Assembly (NCBI RefSeq): GCF_009914755.1
Contig: NC_060932.1
Length of the DNA: 64,000 bases
DNA from: the human T2T-CHM13v2.0 reference genome, Homo sapiens
Direction: 5' to 3' (one strand)
Made by a program: the position numbers and the translations under genes. A model generated the notes under the pieces. It worked only from the letters and a program-made list of their open reading frames with translations, was not told the origin of the DNA and did not search any database. Shown here piece by piece: positions 1 to 39,300 of this stretch. Numbering within the stretch: position 1 is the stretch's first letter; each line of letters starts with the position of its first letter.

Positions 1-253
1 GTCCTCATGCCAAACACGCGGGGTAGCGGGCGAGTCTCTCAGACAGCGCACACCCACCTAGGTTTGCGCAGGGGTCGGCGCCGACCATGGCGAGGCAGGT
101 CGTTACTGAATCAATCCTCTCGACCCCGAGAAGCAGGCACTGCGGGTGACCCATTGTACAGACGAGGAGACTGAGGAGTAAAGTCAAGGCCCGACAGCAA
201 GTGAGGGCCAGGCTTAGATGGACTGTGCACGACCCCTAAAAATGCACCAGTCC

Positions 254-338
254 TAGAAAGCAGGAGACGTAGGCTCTGACAGACAGACGTGGGCCGTAGA
301 AAGCAGGAGACGTAGGCTCTGACAGACAAACACGGGCC
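254..338. repeat. 43-bp tandem duplication
   Basis: TAGAAAGCAGGAGACGTAGGCTCTGACAGACA at 254 and 297. Confidence 0.85.
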
Positions 339-1086
339 ACTGCTCCAGAGTGCTAGGGACATGCAGGCAGCTCCTGAGCCAATGCCAAGATGGGCTCGCA
401 CAGTGAGAAGAAAGTTACAGAACCCAGTGGGCAAACCGATGCCCACAGGGCCAGGCAGACAGACACAGATGAGTCCAGTGGCCTGAGTTTCAGAAAAATG
501 GGGAAGGGTCATGAATTGAAGCCCCCCCCCCACCCCACCCATGCTCTGGAGTCAGAAACACAGATGGACCTGTGGGAGCACCGGCCTGGCCGTGCCACGT
601 CCTCTGAGCTTTCTGTGAGAAGCCAGGAAGCCAGACATGGCGTGGACTCCTGATGTGTGAGACCCCAGCTCCTCTCTCTCAAGCCCCAAGCCCGCTGATG
701 AAACCTCCATGGGCTGAACCAACCCTACTTAGCAGATAAGAGGACTTCAGAAAACTCAACACCCGCTTCAGATAACAATTCTTACAGGTTATAAATAGAA
801 ACAGCCCCCCCTCCATTTAAAAAATGTTGTAAGAGAGTCTACAGCAAACGTCACAGTACAAGATGAAAGTCCCTCAGAGCTGAGCACAAGACAAGCCCAC
901 CTCCACAGGACCAGGGGCTCTGCGGGAGGGGACAAGGGAGAGGCCCGAAGGGGGAAGGGCGGCCAGGCTTCTGCCAGGGGGTGAAGCAGATTTACAAATC
1001 CAGGTGAGGATTTATAAGAATTACTAGGAAAGCAAGAGCCACCGGGGGACACCCTAGAGAAAAGCTCGACATAAAGATAACCCCAA

Positions 1087-1370
1087 GGCTGGGCGCAGGG
1101 CTCACGCCTGGAAGCCTAGCACTTTGAGAGGCCAAGGCAGGCAGGTCACTTGAGCCCAGGAGCTGAAGACCAGCCTAGGTAACATGACAAAACCCCGTTT
1201 CTACAGAAAACTTTAAAACAATGAGCCGGGTGTGGTGGCGCAGCTGTAGTCCCAGCTACTCGGGAGGCTGAGGTGGGAGGATCGCTTGAGCCCGGCAGGG
1301 CGAGCCTGCGGCGTGCAGCGACTGTGCCGCTACTCCAGCCTGGGCGACAGAGCGAGACCCTTTCTCAAAA
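1087..1370 (+). mobile_element. Alu (AluJ-like)
   Basis: Dimeric Alu consensus, diverged, short tail. Confidence 0.85.
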
Positions 1371-3875
1371 TATGTACATACATACACGTACGTGAAATCC
1401 CAGAATTCCAGTCGGTTTCTGCACAGAACTTGGCAGGTTCATTCGTAAGAGAAAACACATTGACAATAGAAACTTTTCAAGACAAGAAAAAGGAGTGGGT
1501 GACTTTGCCCATTAGGATTAGGCATGAAACCTGCTACAAAGTGAGGGATTTAAATGCGTGGCATTGGCCCAGAAGTAGCTCACAACTCACTGGGACCAAG
1601 TCCAGAAACAGGGCTTGGAGCCTACAGGAACTGAACACAATGAGGCCACATTTCCCCCAAATCACTGGGGAAGCGACAGACTGTTCAGTCAGTACTGTGC
1701 GGACAGCTATGCATCCAGTTACTTGCAAAGCAGTTCCAGGGCTGGGCATGGGGACATGGCTTGAGCGCAGGAGGCGGAGGCTGCAGTGAGCTGTGATTGT
1801 GTCACCACACTCCAGCCTAGGCGACAAGCGAGACCTCATCAAAGCAATTCCAGGTGGACCATGGAGCTATGTGTTGTTTAAACTTCCAGAAATACTAGAA
1901 GAAAACATGACAATGTTTTTGTAATCTTGCAGTAGGGAAGATCTTCCCAAGGAAAAAACCAGAATCCAGAAGTCATAAAGAACCCAGAAGACTTAATTTA
2001 AAAATTTTGATTTTTGTAACTCAAAAGATCCCATTTTTTTAAAGGAAAAGATAAGCAACCGCTGCAGAAAAACACACCTGTACCCACAGAACAAAGATGA
2101 GCAACCAGGGTGCTGGACGGAAGCCAGGGTGACAACGGAGAGCAAGGGCAGTGCTGGGGCGGACAGCGAGCCCCCGGGAAGACGGAAGGACATGGGAAAG
2201 AGGTAGCAGTGACGGGGAAGGGGAGCTGGATGGCAGCTCTCAGCCCCACTGCTCGGGACCCCTGGCTTGCCCGACGCGGCAGAAATGGTATCTGCCCCCA
2301 ACACCAGGGAGGGTGTGGAGGTGGCTCTGTCCGTGGCTGGCCAGAGTGTGAGGTCTGAGACCCCTGCCCCTCCTATACCGACATGTCACGGCAGGCTCGT
2401 GGGGGACCCGGCCAGATGCAAGGACAACCTGTGGCCGACAGCAGCGCGGCACGCCGGCTGCAGACATGGCACTAGCCCTGCCTTCTGCATACCTAGCTCT
2501 TCCCTGAGGGAGCTCGCTCCCTCTCTAATAAAAACTTCACGAGTAAATATATCGAATGAAACGTGTTTAGATACACATTTAAAATAATAAAAGGCAAGGC
2601 CCTCTCTGAGAACCAGATGGTCCAGAGCTCGAGTCCTCAGATAAATCCTTCCCCAGAAACCACCAGGACTCCCTCAAGGACAGGAGGGGACCCGGTGGGT
2701 GAGGGCTGGCCCGGGGCTAACCCCAAGCTCAACGTCCAGCTGTGGAGCAAAAACAACGAATGCAGACCCACTTCCCGCCAAGGGGCCCCCACGCTGGCTG
2801 TGGGTCAGGACACTCTGTGACTGTCAGCCTGGCAGAAAGCCACCATCCCAGAGATCCCTTGCAGGACAGAACCAATGTGAGGGGCCGCCGCATCCCAGAG
2901 GCTGTTACAGAGAGGAAGCCATGTGTGTGCCGGTGGGGAGTGGTGACAGCCACCTGCCCCCTGTGGACCTGTGTGACCAGCAGGGACACCCTCTGGGAGG
3001 AGCAGATGGCCCCTCCAGGTGAAGGCCCAGGCATCCACCCAGCTTCAGCCATGGGCGCTGGCCCTCCCGGGACCCACCCTCTTGTGGCCCTGCAGGCCAC
3101 TCCAGTGGGAAGCCAGCCTGCACACCCTGGCGCCAGTGAAGAACCCCTGGAAACTGCTGAGGCCTGCTGCAGGGCCCCTGGGATGGCATGGGGAAGAAGA
3201 CGGAAGGGAGATGGGAGCCCCCTGAGACAGGCCAGGCTTGTCCAGGATCCAGGCCGTGCTGGTGGGGAGGACTCCTGGGGCCCCACCTCGCATCCCAACT
3301 CCCCGTCTGGGCTTCTGCTCTGGAGTCCAGGAAGGGACGGACCAGCAGTTGGGCAGGAGATCTTGGGTAGGGAGTTCTCTGTTGAGGGGTCACCAGAGGG
3401 GCTCCCTGGAGTCATGGCCCAGGGATGGGCTGAGAGGAGCAAGGTGCCACTAGGCACAGGAGCGGGGACCCTCAGCATCCCAAGGCGTCTGCCTGGCTGG
3501 TGGGCTTTGGGCAGGGCTTGGAGTCATCCCTTAGCAGCCTGATGGGACTCTGCAGGAGTCACCAGTGCTCAGCTTCTTTTAGGACCAGACCACGTAGTGC
3601 GTCCCAAACACACGCCCCTCCCACCATCCGTTCACGTGCCTCGTCCTACTTGGACTGGGCCTCTGGACAGCTCGATGAGCCGGAGCTCAGCAGAAAGGGA
3701 AGGCAGGGCCCTCCGCCCACAGCTCCCCAGCCCGCACGGCTGATGCAGAGCCGCAGAGCACCGCCCAGACCCAGAGGCACAGGGGACCCGTCGCCTGCCC
3801 CGAGAGGTGTCAGCGGCTCACAACACCTTGGGCTGGGCCAGAGGGAGGCCCGGTCCCCGGGGCGGGATCGCTAAC

Positions 3876-17060
<13,185 letters not shown>

Positions 17061-17098
17061 CAGACACACGGACGTTCAGGGCCAGCAGCATCCGCACC

Positions 17099-17104
17099 TT
17101 TATC
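17099..17104 (-). terminator. Probable non-canonical PUF60 poly(A) signal (GATAAA)
   Basis: Only hexamer variant I found between the PUF60 stop and the SCRIB promoter; U-rich sequence upstream and GU-rich CGTGTGTCTG downstream (~17062-17071). Confidence 0.55.
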
Positions 17105-17217
17105 CGCACTGTAGGCTGGGCTGGGCAGAGCGCGCCTGGCCCCGGGGACACCACTGTATCACTATAAAACCCAGAGGAAACAAGGAACAAGTGCAAGTCC
17201 GGGGAGAGGGACCACTG

Positions 17218-30004
<12,787 letters not shown>

Positions 30005-32031
30005 CTTGCGTCCGTCGCGGCCTCCGCGCGCGCCTCCCACTCTTGCTCCTTCCGCTGTCTCGCGCGATCTGGGTGCCGGTGCACGGAACTCTCGCGAGGA
30101 AGGAGGTAAGAACGCGCTTCCGGGGCGGGGAGGAACGGTAAACGCCCCCGGGAGGGGCGACGGAAGGGGCGTGCTCTTGGCCGGGCGAGGGGCGTGGCCC
30201 GCGCACCTCGGGCGTCTAGGGGCGTGCGCCGCGGGACTCGAGTCGGGCGTATCTCTCCGCGTGGCCGACGCGGGCGTGCGTAGTACCCTTCGCCGCCCGT
30301 CGCCCTTGCGGCCACTGCTACGCTTCTCTTCTCTGCCTTTTTTGGAGAAAACGCTGTCGCGTGCGTCGTCCAGAGGCTCTCCCCCAGGAGGCAGGCGAAA
30401 GAGCGGGGCCCTCCTGGGCTGGAGGAGTCTCGGGTGATGAAAGGCCCGCGTGTTTCAGGCTGACGTCGTGAGATGCGTCGTCCCCGCGTCGCGACATCCC
30501 TGGGACCGGGAGGCCCCGTTCAATTGGCAGCTTTTTCTCCTTCCAGGGAACCGATGACCCTAGGTTGGCTGACATCAGTCGCTAGACCCGCAGCCCGCAG
30601 GCCCCGTTAGTCCCTGAACTGGCTTTCATGGCCCAAGGTGTCTGTCAGTACTGCTGGGAAAGCTGCCTGTCCTGGACATTTGCCATCTGCTGCACCCAGT
30701 CCCGAGACCCCAACTCGGTCATCCGAAGAAGCCACATCTGTAAGCTCAGGCACCTTCAGCTGCCTAAGGCCACAAGGCATCCCGGGCAGGCCTCCTTTCA
30801 ACCCTGGGAACATTTAGAATTTAATACAGACACTTCTACTTAAATAGGGCAGAATATTCCCCGCCTCCCTCCTGAAACCTTCCAAAATTATAGGAAAGGG
30901 GTTTTATAAAGACAAACCCTGCAAGGGCAAAGAGCTGGGATATTGCAGAGCTTAAGAAAGGTGGACAGCGAGAGCTACTCCAGCCCACTTGGCTATGGAG
31001 GCCAGTGTCTGAGGGTCGTGGGTGAAAGCACAGCTACAGAAAGGAAACCCCAGACCTCTGTCCCTACCCACCGGGGCTGGCAGGCACTGCAGTGTCTGAG
31101 ACGTGAGCTCCAGGAGAGGAGCTCTGAGGCCCTGCTCAAGCAAGGCCCTGTCTGAAAGCCTGGGAGTAAGTGAGACTCTGGGTCCTACCCCTGCCTCCAC
31201 CCCTGGGCTGGGTCTGACCACCCGCATGCCATCAGGCTTCTCAGAGAAGAGGGCTCCTCTCTGCAGCAGCTCCTAGCTCAAAAGAAAAGACTGGCAGGGC
31301 ACCTAGGGGTAGAGTGTTGCCCAGTAGAATGGCCCAGCCAGATCCCTGGCCTCGAAGCTCACCAGGTCATAAGCCCCAGCCACTAAAAGCATCTCACTCT
31401 TCAATGCAGCTGGACAGCCCAGGATCACCAGACACCTGAGAAAGAAGAAAAGGGACTCAGAAGAAACAGAGACGATAAAGGAAGCCGAAGAAAAATGAAA
31501 ACTAAAATGCCATTCTCAGTCAATAAAAAGGAACTGGGGGCTATAGAGAAAGAAACCTCGGGATGAGAAAGAGCTCTTAGAAATAAAACATGAGGGGAAA
31601 GTGAGCAATTCAATAGGCTTTTAAGATGAAGTCTTCCAGAATGTATAATGACAGAACCAGATAGCTGGAAAACAGAATAGCAGTAACACAGGTGGGTGCT
31701 CTTAGGGCTAGCCTGGCACACAAGGCCTCCACAATGGAGGGGGTGGATGGGAGGTGGGGGGCTGGTCTGCCACCACCACCAGGGGAAGCCACAGGCACCA
31801 CCCTCTGGGGACAGCTTCCCTTGGCAATAATGTGCACGCAGGATGCATGGTGCCCAGGACTGTTCTTACACACATTCATTCATGGGATCCTCACAACCCA
31901 GTGCTATGCAATGGATACAGCTGTTACCCCATTTTTACTGATGGGCAACATCACAAGGCAGGGAGCAGCAGTAGAATGGCTCCAGAGCCTGTGTTCTTGC
32001 CACCACCATGACTGCATCTCAAAAGAGAAGT

Positions 32032-32408
<377 letters not shown>

Positions 32409-32689
32409 TCAAGAAAATTTCCTAGAACCAAACAGTCATGTTTTCTGAACAATGGGTGAAAGGGAAGTTGTATATCAAGACACATCATTGAGAATTACCC
32501 AAGTAATGGGGCAAAGAAAAAGAAGAGATCATAGGTAAAGAGTCAGAATTCAGGAAGGCACAAGAGTTCTTGGAACTAGAAGAAAATGACACAATACCCT
32601 TGAAATCCTGGGAATAAATGATTTTCAACCAAGCCAAGCTTTTTGTAGCTAGTCGCACTGTTAAGCATATGTGAGGTTAGCATAAAGAC

Positions 32690-33658
32690 TGTGGGGAAAA
32701 GCAAGAGAGATCAGATTGTTACTGTGTCTGTGTAGAAAGTAGTAGACATAGGAGACTCCATTTTGTTCTGTACTAAGGAAAATTCTTCTGCCTTGAGACT
32801 CTGTTAATCTATGACCTTACCCCCAACCCCGTGCTCTCTGAAACATGTGCTGTGTCAACTCAGAGTTGAATGGATTAAGGGCGGTGCAAGATGTGCTTTG
32901 TTAAACAGATGCTTGAAGGCAGCATGCTCCTTAAGAGTCATCACCACTCCCTAATCTCAAGTACCCAGGGACACAAAAACTGCGGAAGGCCGCAGGGACC
33001 TCTGCCTAGGAAAGCCAGGTATTGTCCAAGGTTTCTCCCCATGTGATAGTCTGAAATATGGCCTCGTGGGATGGGAAAGACCTGACCGTCCCCCAGCCCG
33101 ACACCCGTAAAGGGTCTGTGCTGAGGAGGATTAGTAAAAGAGGAAGGAATGCCTCTTGCAGTTGAGACAAGAGGAAGGCATCTGTCTCCTGCCCGTCCCT
33201 GGGCAATGGAATGTCTCCATATAAAACCTGATTGCATGCTCCATCTACTGAGATAGGGAAAAACCGCCTTAGGGCTGGAGGTGGGACCTGCGGGCAGCAA
33301 TACTGCTTTGTAAAGCATTGAGATGTTTATGTGTATGCATATCTAAAAGCACAGCACTTAATCGTTTACATTGTCTATGATGCAAAGACCTTTGTTCACG
33401 TGTTTGTCTGCTGACCCTCTCCCCACTATTGTCTTGTGACCCTGACACATCCCCCTCTTCGAGAAACACCCACAAATGATCAATAAATACTAAGGGAACT
33501 CAGAGGCTGGCGGGATCCTCCATATGCTGAACGCTGGTTCCCCGGGTCCCCTTATTTCTTTCTCTATACTTTTGTCTCTGTGTCTTTTTCTTTCCTAAGT
33601 CTCTTGTTCCACCTTACGAGAAACACCCACAGGTGTGGAGGGGCAACCCACCCCTACA
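32690..33658 (+). mobile_element. HERV-K(HML-2) solo LTR, LTR5_Hs
   Basis: Starts TGTGGGGAAAAGCAAGAGAG, ends CCCACCCCTACA, 969 bp; AAGAC duplicated on both sides; TATAAAA at ~33220, AATAAA at 33482. Confidence 0.95.
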
Positions 33659-34312
33659 AAGACAAACAGGTAAAGACTCCACAACTTCCTATGCACCCTC
33701 TCAGGAAACCTGGAGGATGGTCCTTCTCAAACAGGGCAAATGAAGGAAGAGGAAAGCAGTACAGGACACTGGTGAAGAGTTAACCCATGCTGACCACTGG
33801 GCTGTAAGTCCAAGAACAAGTAGCCTGGGCAGGGGGCTTGTATGGTGGGGGCTCCAGGAAAAGAAGAAACTGAGCAGTCAGTTATGTGATGAGTCCTAAG
33901 CTGTGACAGGATGCTCATGCTTCTTCAGGAAAGTCTAAAGATGAATCAATGACAAACACATATAGAAAACTAGGCAAACCAAAAAAAAGGCAATTATTAA
34001 CTCCAGGGAAAACAAAAAGTTGTGCAAGAAATGCCATCCTAGAACACCGTGTTCTCTCCTGAGACGTGTGGTAATGAAGCTGTAATAACACCCATGCAGC
34101 TATGATGCCCGTAACACTGGAATGATGCCGCCAGGAGACTGAGGCAGGTGACCGCCCTCCTCCCAGAGGATGCCAGCCAGGGACATCTAATGTAGAAAAA
34201 CGAATAAACAGGACTAAAAGCATGCTCATGGTTTTGAAAAACATGGATTTCAAATGCCTGAAGAAACAGTTAAGAGAGTTGAATTTGGAGAGGATCAGAG
34301 TAGGAGCCTGCA

Positions 34313-34325
34313 TTTATTATTTATT
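34313..34325 (-). terminator. NRBP2 poly(A) signals (two AATAAA)
   Basis: TTTATT twice on the + strand, about 2 kb downstream of the NRBP2 stop codon. Confidence 0.7.
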
Positions 34326-34727
34326 ATTGGCCTCAAAAAAAAAACTATTCTACTTTAAAAACAATACATATATAATTCTGAAAAGATAAAATTTAAAAGG
34401 AAAAATTCAACAGAGACATGATTAAGTGCAGCAATGGTGGTATTGATGCTTTTAAGTTCAGTTTAATCAGTAGTACAATGTTATGTATTTGCCACTGAAA
34501 CCATTTAGAACCATGCATAATCAGACAGTTTAGCATGAGGGTTTCCATCTAGGATATGGAAATTACTTTAGATTGCTAATTTTGAGTTGGAAGGCGTGAG
34601 AATTTGAATAATTTTGTAAATAGTATTGGAATATTTAAGATAACTGAGATTCACGATTTTGTACCTTTAATTTATTTGATATGCGTTAGTAAGTCTTGCT
34701 TTGGTTTTTGGCTTTTGGTTGGAGTGC

Positions 34728-35291
34728 TGTGGTCAGCAGAATGCCACCCTTCCCCAACAAAAGAGGTTCATTCCTTAATCCCTGGAACCAGTGAATGTTA
34801 GTTTACATGGCAAAATGTGTCCTGCAGATGTGTTTAATATTAAAAACCTTGAGGAGGGAGATTATCATGTATTATCTGGCTGGGCCCAACCTAATCTCAT
34901 GAGTCCTTAGGGACAACCTTTCCTGTCTGCAGGGAACCAGAGAAATGGTTCGTGACACAGACTGAACCTGCTAGCTCTGAAGATGGAGGAGGGGGCCAAG
35001 AGCCAAGGAATGTAGGCAGCCTCTACAAGCTGGAAGTGGCCTTAGTTTACAGTCAGCAAGAAAGTGGGGACCTTGGCCCTGCCACCGAAAGGATGTGGAT
35101 TCTGCCAGCAGCCTGAAGGAGCAGGAGACAGAGTCTCCCCTAGAACCTCCAGGAAGGAAGGCAGCCTGCCAGCCTTGATTCTAGTCCAGTGAGACCCATA
35201 GTCAGACTTCCAGCCTACAGAATTGCAATAAATTTGTGTTAAGTCACTAAGTTTGTGGTAAATTTTACAGCGGCAGTATAAAACTAATACA
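34728..35291 (+). mobile_element. MLT1D/E-like MaLR LTR inside the NRBP2 3' UTR
   Basis: TGTGGTCAGCAGAATG...AAACTAATACA termini and internal MLT1 motifs. Confidence 0.75.
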
Positions 35292-36362
35292 GTGGTGTGC
35301 CTTCCTGGTTGACATTTGAAATGCGTTTAGAAAGGCATGAATGCGCTAATGTATACATACAGTTTAAAATGCTTAAGGCCATTTCACTAAGTTTGGAATT
35401 GGAGGAGAGGCAAGCCAAGAATCAAGAGGCCAGGAAGGCAGGGGTAGAATCCATGAGGGCATAGAAATCTCTAAGACTGAGCCAGGAGTGGAGTGGGAGA
35501 GAGGCAGGGAGCCAGGAGCTGACATCCTCAGAGGCCCAGGGAGCAGCTGCCCCAGGGAGGAGGTGCGGGAGGTAACATGGAGGGGCTGTGAGTCTGAGGA
35601 GCAGGGAGGATGTGGGGTCCCTGACGCCTCCAGGCCAGGGAATGCATGAGAGAAAAAGCCCATTGGAGGGGCTGCAGTGGCCAGAGGAGATCTGCAGAGG
35701 GGCTGCAAGTTCTGGTCTCAGGGTGGGTAAAGGGTCAAAGAGGTGGCTCTAGGGCAGAGCTGTGTGGGACCAGGGGCTTTGCTGACAACAGCCTCAACTC
35801 CAGACCTCTCTGTGGTCTGTTTCTCCTGCCAGGTCCCTGTTGTGCCCAGTGCCATGCCTGACACCTGCAGGTGTGTCACCGCTGGCTTGCTGTGCAGGCT
35901 CCTTGTGTGGGTCTATGGTGCCAGCAGGGGATGGCTGCTCTCCCAGACCCCATGGAGCAGTTCCCTGGGCAGAGGTCTGTCCAGGGCTGACCCTCACCCC
36001 CAAGCCCCAGAGCTGGGGTTCCCTACAGGGCAGCCTCCTGCATGCTGAGGAGGCAGTGGCCCCGGCCAGGCAGCCTGGGTAGGAACTCAGGGCGGAGAAT
36101 GGAGGATATGGGAAGGGGTTCTGGGGGCAACCCTGATCCTAAGGACCTGGGAGGCCTAACGGCTCCCCCACACCCACCCCCCAACCCCTCGGCGCCCAAG
36201 GCAGGGTCAGCCCCACTCTCAGGAGACGGGGGGTTCCTTCACTACCGGGGCCTTTGTGCTCCCAGGCGCATGGAGGAGGGCAGCCCCACGGTGCTGGAGT
36301 CTCCCCAACATGGCCTGCCCAGGCAGCACCCCGGCATGGTCCCCTGGGGCTGGGGCTCCGGG

Positions 36363-39300
36363 TCAGGCCTGGGTCCCACGGTACTTGAGGAAGGTGCTCT
36401 CCAGGAAGGCAGCCAGCTTCATCCGGTCGTCCTGCGGAAGGAGGGAGGCATGGGGGACGGAGGGGCGCGGCCTGCCCCGTGCACCCCCTCCGCCAGGCCG
36501 CGCCGCACCGCCCAGCGCACCTCGTGGAGGAAGCCATAGTGCACGAGCTCCGAGGCGAGGTCCTGGGCGCTGTCCGCTGAGGCAATGGCGTAAGGCGAGG
36601 CATGAGGCCGCTGCCCACCCGCTGCCTGGGGTCACCGCCCGCCGCCCAAGTCCCCTGCCCAGCCTACTTGGGAGCAGGTCGTAGGTCAGCTGCCGGTGCA
36701 GCCGGTCTTCCAGCACCAGAAGCAGAGTGAGCTGGGGAGGCGGCGGGGCGTGGTCGGCTGGGGGTTCAGGGCTCCGCCACGCTCCCGCCTTCCCCACGGC
36801 AGCGCCGCCCTCCCAGGCCCCGCTCACATGCCAGCGCGCCTTGTCCTCGCTTCTCTCCAGGTTGCACTGCATCTGGATGACCTGCAGCGGGGGAAGGCTG
36901 GGACTCACAAACCCAGCAGCAAGACCACATGCCGCGGCCCCAAAGGGGCCGGGAAGGGACAGCAAAGACTGGAAAGGGGGGAATCTCTAAGAGGAGCCCA
37001 TCTCACTGCTAGTGGCTTGGCAAGCTAAGGAAAGCTTCGAGAAGAGTCGACATTAGGGGCTGGGTACTGAAGGCTGAATAGGAGCTTTCACCGCGGAGAG
37101 AACAACTTGAACAAAGAGGGAACTGTGGGCGTGGGGAAAGGGAGGTTGGGCGGGACAGGACCGCGCCGAAGTGCACGGTGCCTGCGGGATCAGGCCTCCC
37201 AGAGCCTGGGCGTCAGCTGAGGACTCCCATGATCTCTGCTGGCAGCCAGGAGCAGGCAGTTTGCCTGTTAGGACATGAATTCTGGCTGCACTGCACCGAG
37301 AGAGGCCCCTGGCCAGGAGGGGGTGCTGCAGGAAAAGTCTGGGGAGACACCAGGACATAGATGTCCGGGAATCAGCACCAGGTGGGGGATGGGAGGGGTG
37401 GGGGGGGTGGGAGGGGTGCGGGGGTGGGGGAAGATTGCTGGCAGGGTGGAAGAGCCCGGGTGAGTTCTGGAGGAAGGATGCTTGGAGTAGGTTCAGGGCA
37501 GGCAGCAGGATGCAGGGGAAGGATCTGAGGGGACAGGGAGCCTCCCGGAAAAGGAGAGTGCCCAGCCTGTCCTATAACCCCCATGACCCCCACAAGGGGG
37601 TCAGCCTGGATCTGGTCTCTGGCAGCCAGGAGGAGAGCTGGGCTGTGGGGATGCAGGCCCTAAGAGAAGGAGGGGCACCTCTTATCTGGCTGTTAGAAGG
37701 TCTGAGGGATGGCACTGAGCAGCAGGAGAGGGGACTCACCTTTCTGGTCTCAGAGTCAAAGGGCTCTGGCGTCGGGGTCTTGGCCTTTTGGACCTCCTCC
37801 GGGGGTGGGGCCAGCACACGGGGCAGCCCCAGGGGTCGAGTGGCTGCAAAGTTCATCAGTGGGTAGATTCCATTCCTGGGGACACAACAGGGTGGCTGGG
37901 GGTTCAGGCCTGACAGCTGCCTGGCCCCCAACCTTACATCAGTTCTCACCTGACATCCTCCAGGAATTTGTCCAGCTCCATGAAGGAGACTTCCGAGTAC
38001 CTGGCATGGAAGTGGGAGGCACATGAGGGGCTGGCCGGGGCGAGGGGAGGGGAGGTGCGGGGAGGGGAGGTGTGGGGAGGGGAGGCTTCTGGGTGCTGAC
38101 TGCTCACCGCCACTGCAGCGGGGGCCTGCGGGGCCGGGGAAGCTCCGCCAAGACCGCGTGCAGGTCCATGGCCTTGGTCTTCTCCTCCACCACATTCTCA
38201 GGCATGAGGTCTGCGGCCACAAGAGCATCAAGGCGGTGTGCTCAGGCCGTGGGTCCTGCAGGGCCCCTTCCACGTCCCAACCTCCACCTCCCCAGCCACC
38301 CCCCGGGCCGGCCTGCTGCTCACACTGGTGCTGGATGAAGCAGTGGGCTGCCAGGAGCTTCAGCGAGTGCACCTCGAAGAGCACGCGGTGGAAGAGGAGG
38401 CTGTGGGCAGAGGGCCGGCGGGCAGGGTCCCGGGCCAGGCAGCAAAGGATGAACTCCTGGGGCACAGGGAGGAGAGGCTGGTGGTGTGCAAGGGCTCTCT
38501 GCTCTGGCCCCGCAGTTCGAGGAGAGGTGGCCCCTGAGTTCCCCATGTCCCTCCTCAGGGACACACAGGACATGCAGGGATGCCCATAGGGAGGAGTCCC
38601 AGCAGCAGCAGCCAGGCCAGGACCTGGTCCTCTGAGCTTGAGGACAGCTGGGTTCTGGGATTGGAGCACCATGCTCTGCTTCCCTCGACCCCCAAAAAAT
38701 CGTGGGGAGAAGCCATGATCCTAAAGTCACACCTGCAAGCCTCCTACCCATGGCCTTTTGATCGGCTCAGCTCGGGCCCAACACTGGAGACGACCTTGAT
38801 GGGTCCCCACTCTGTCCACATCCGTGCCCAGCCCGGCTCCAGCTCGCCACCAGCCCCGACCAGGCACCCCCATCTCCTGAGGCCATGGAGTTAAGTCTAG
38901 ACTCCGAGCAGAGGGGGCTGTGGATGCAGCTTCCATCCCATACCTCTTTTTGCCTGCTTGGCACCCACCATGTCCCCCCACAAGCTGGAGCCTCATCACC
39001 TCCTGGAAGCTTAAAGTCAAGGACTTGGAGTGAAGCAGACCCAGGTGCAGATGTTGGCTCCACCACTCACTCTAAAGCCTTGGGCAAAGGACTCATCTCC
39101 TCTGAACCTTGGTTTCTTTATAAAACGGGCATGGTGATGGCAGCCACAGAGGGAGGGTCTCTCTTGCCTTCTTGTCCTTAGAATGTGCTGACCCCTTAGG
39201 GCCTTCAGGCCTGGAACCAGTATGTGCTCCCACTGAGGTCCTCTTTGGGAGGGGTGCAGTCAGCTGGTATACCCCTCAACTGCACAAACTGTGATGTTCT

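Noticed and set aside
2729-3542. Overlapping 249- and 266-aa ORFs in SCRIB intron 24
   Set aside because: GC-rich intron, no recognisable domain, open on both strands as expected by chance
32941-33318. 125-aa ORF duplicated at 50744-51121
   Set aside because: Antisense frame within the two LTR5 copies; the similarity reflects the shared LTR, not a gene family
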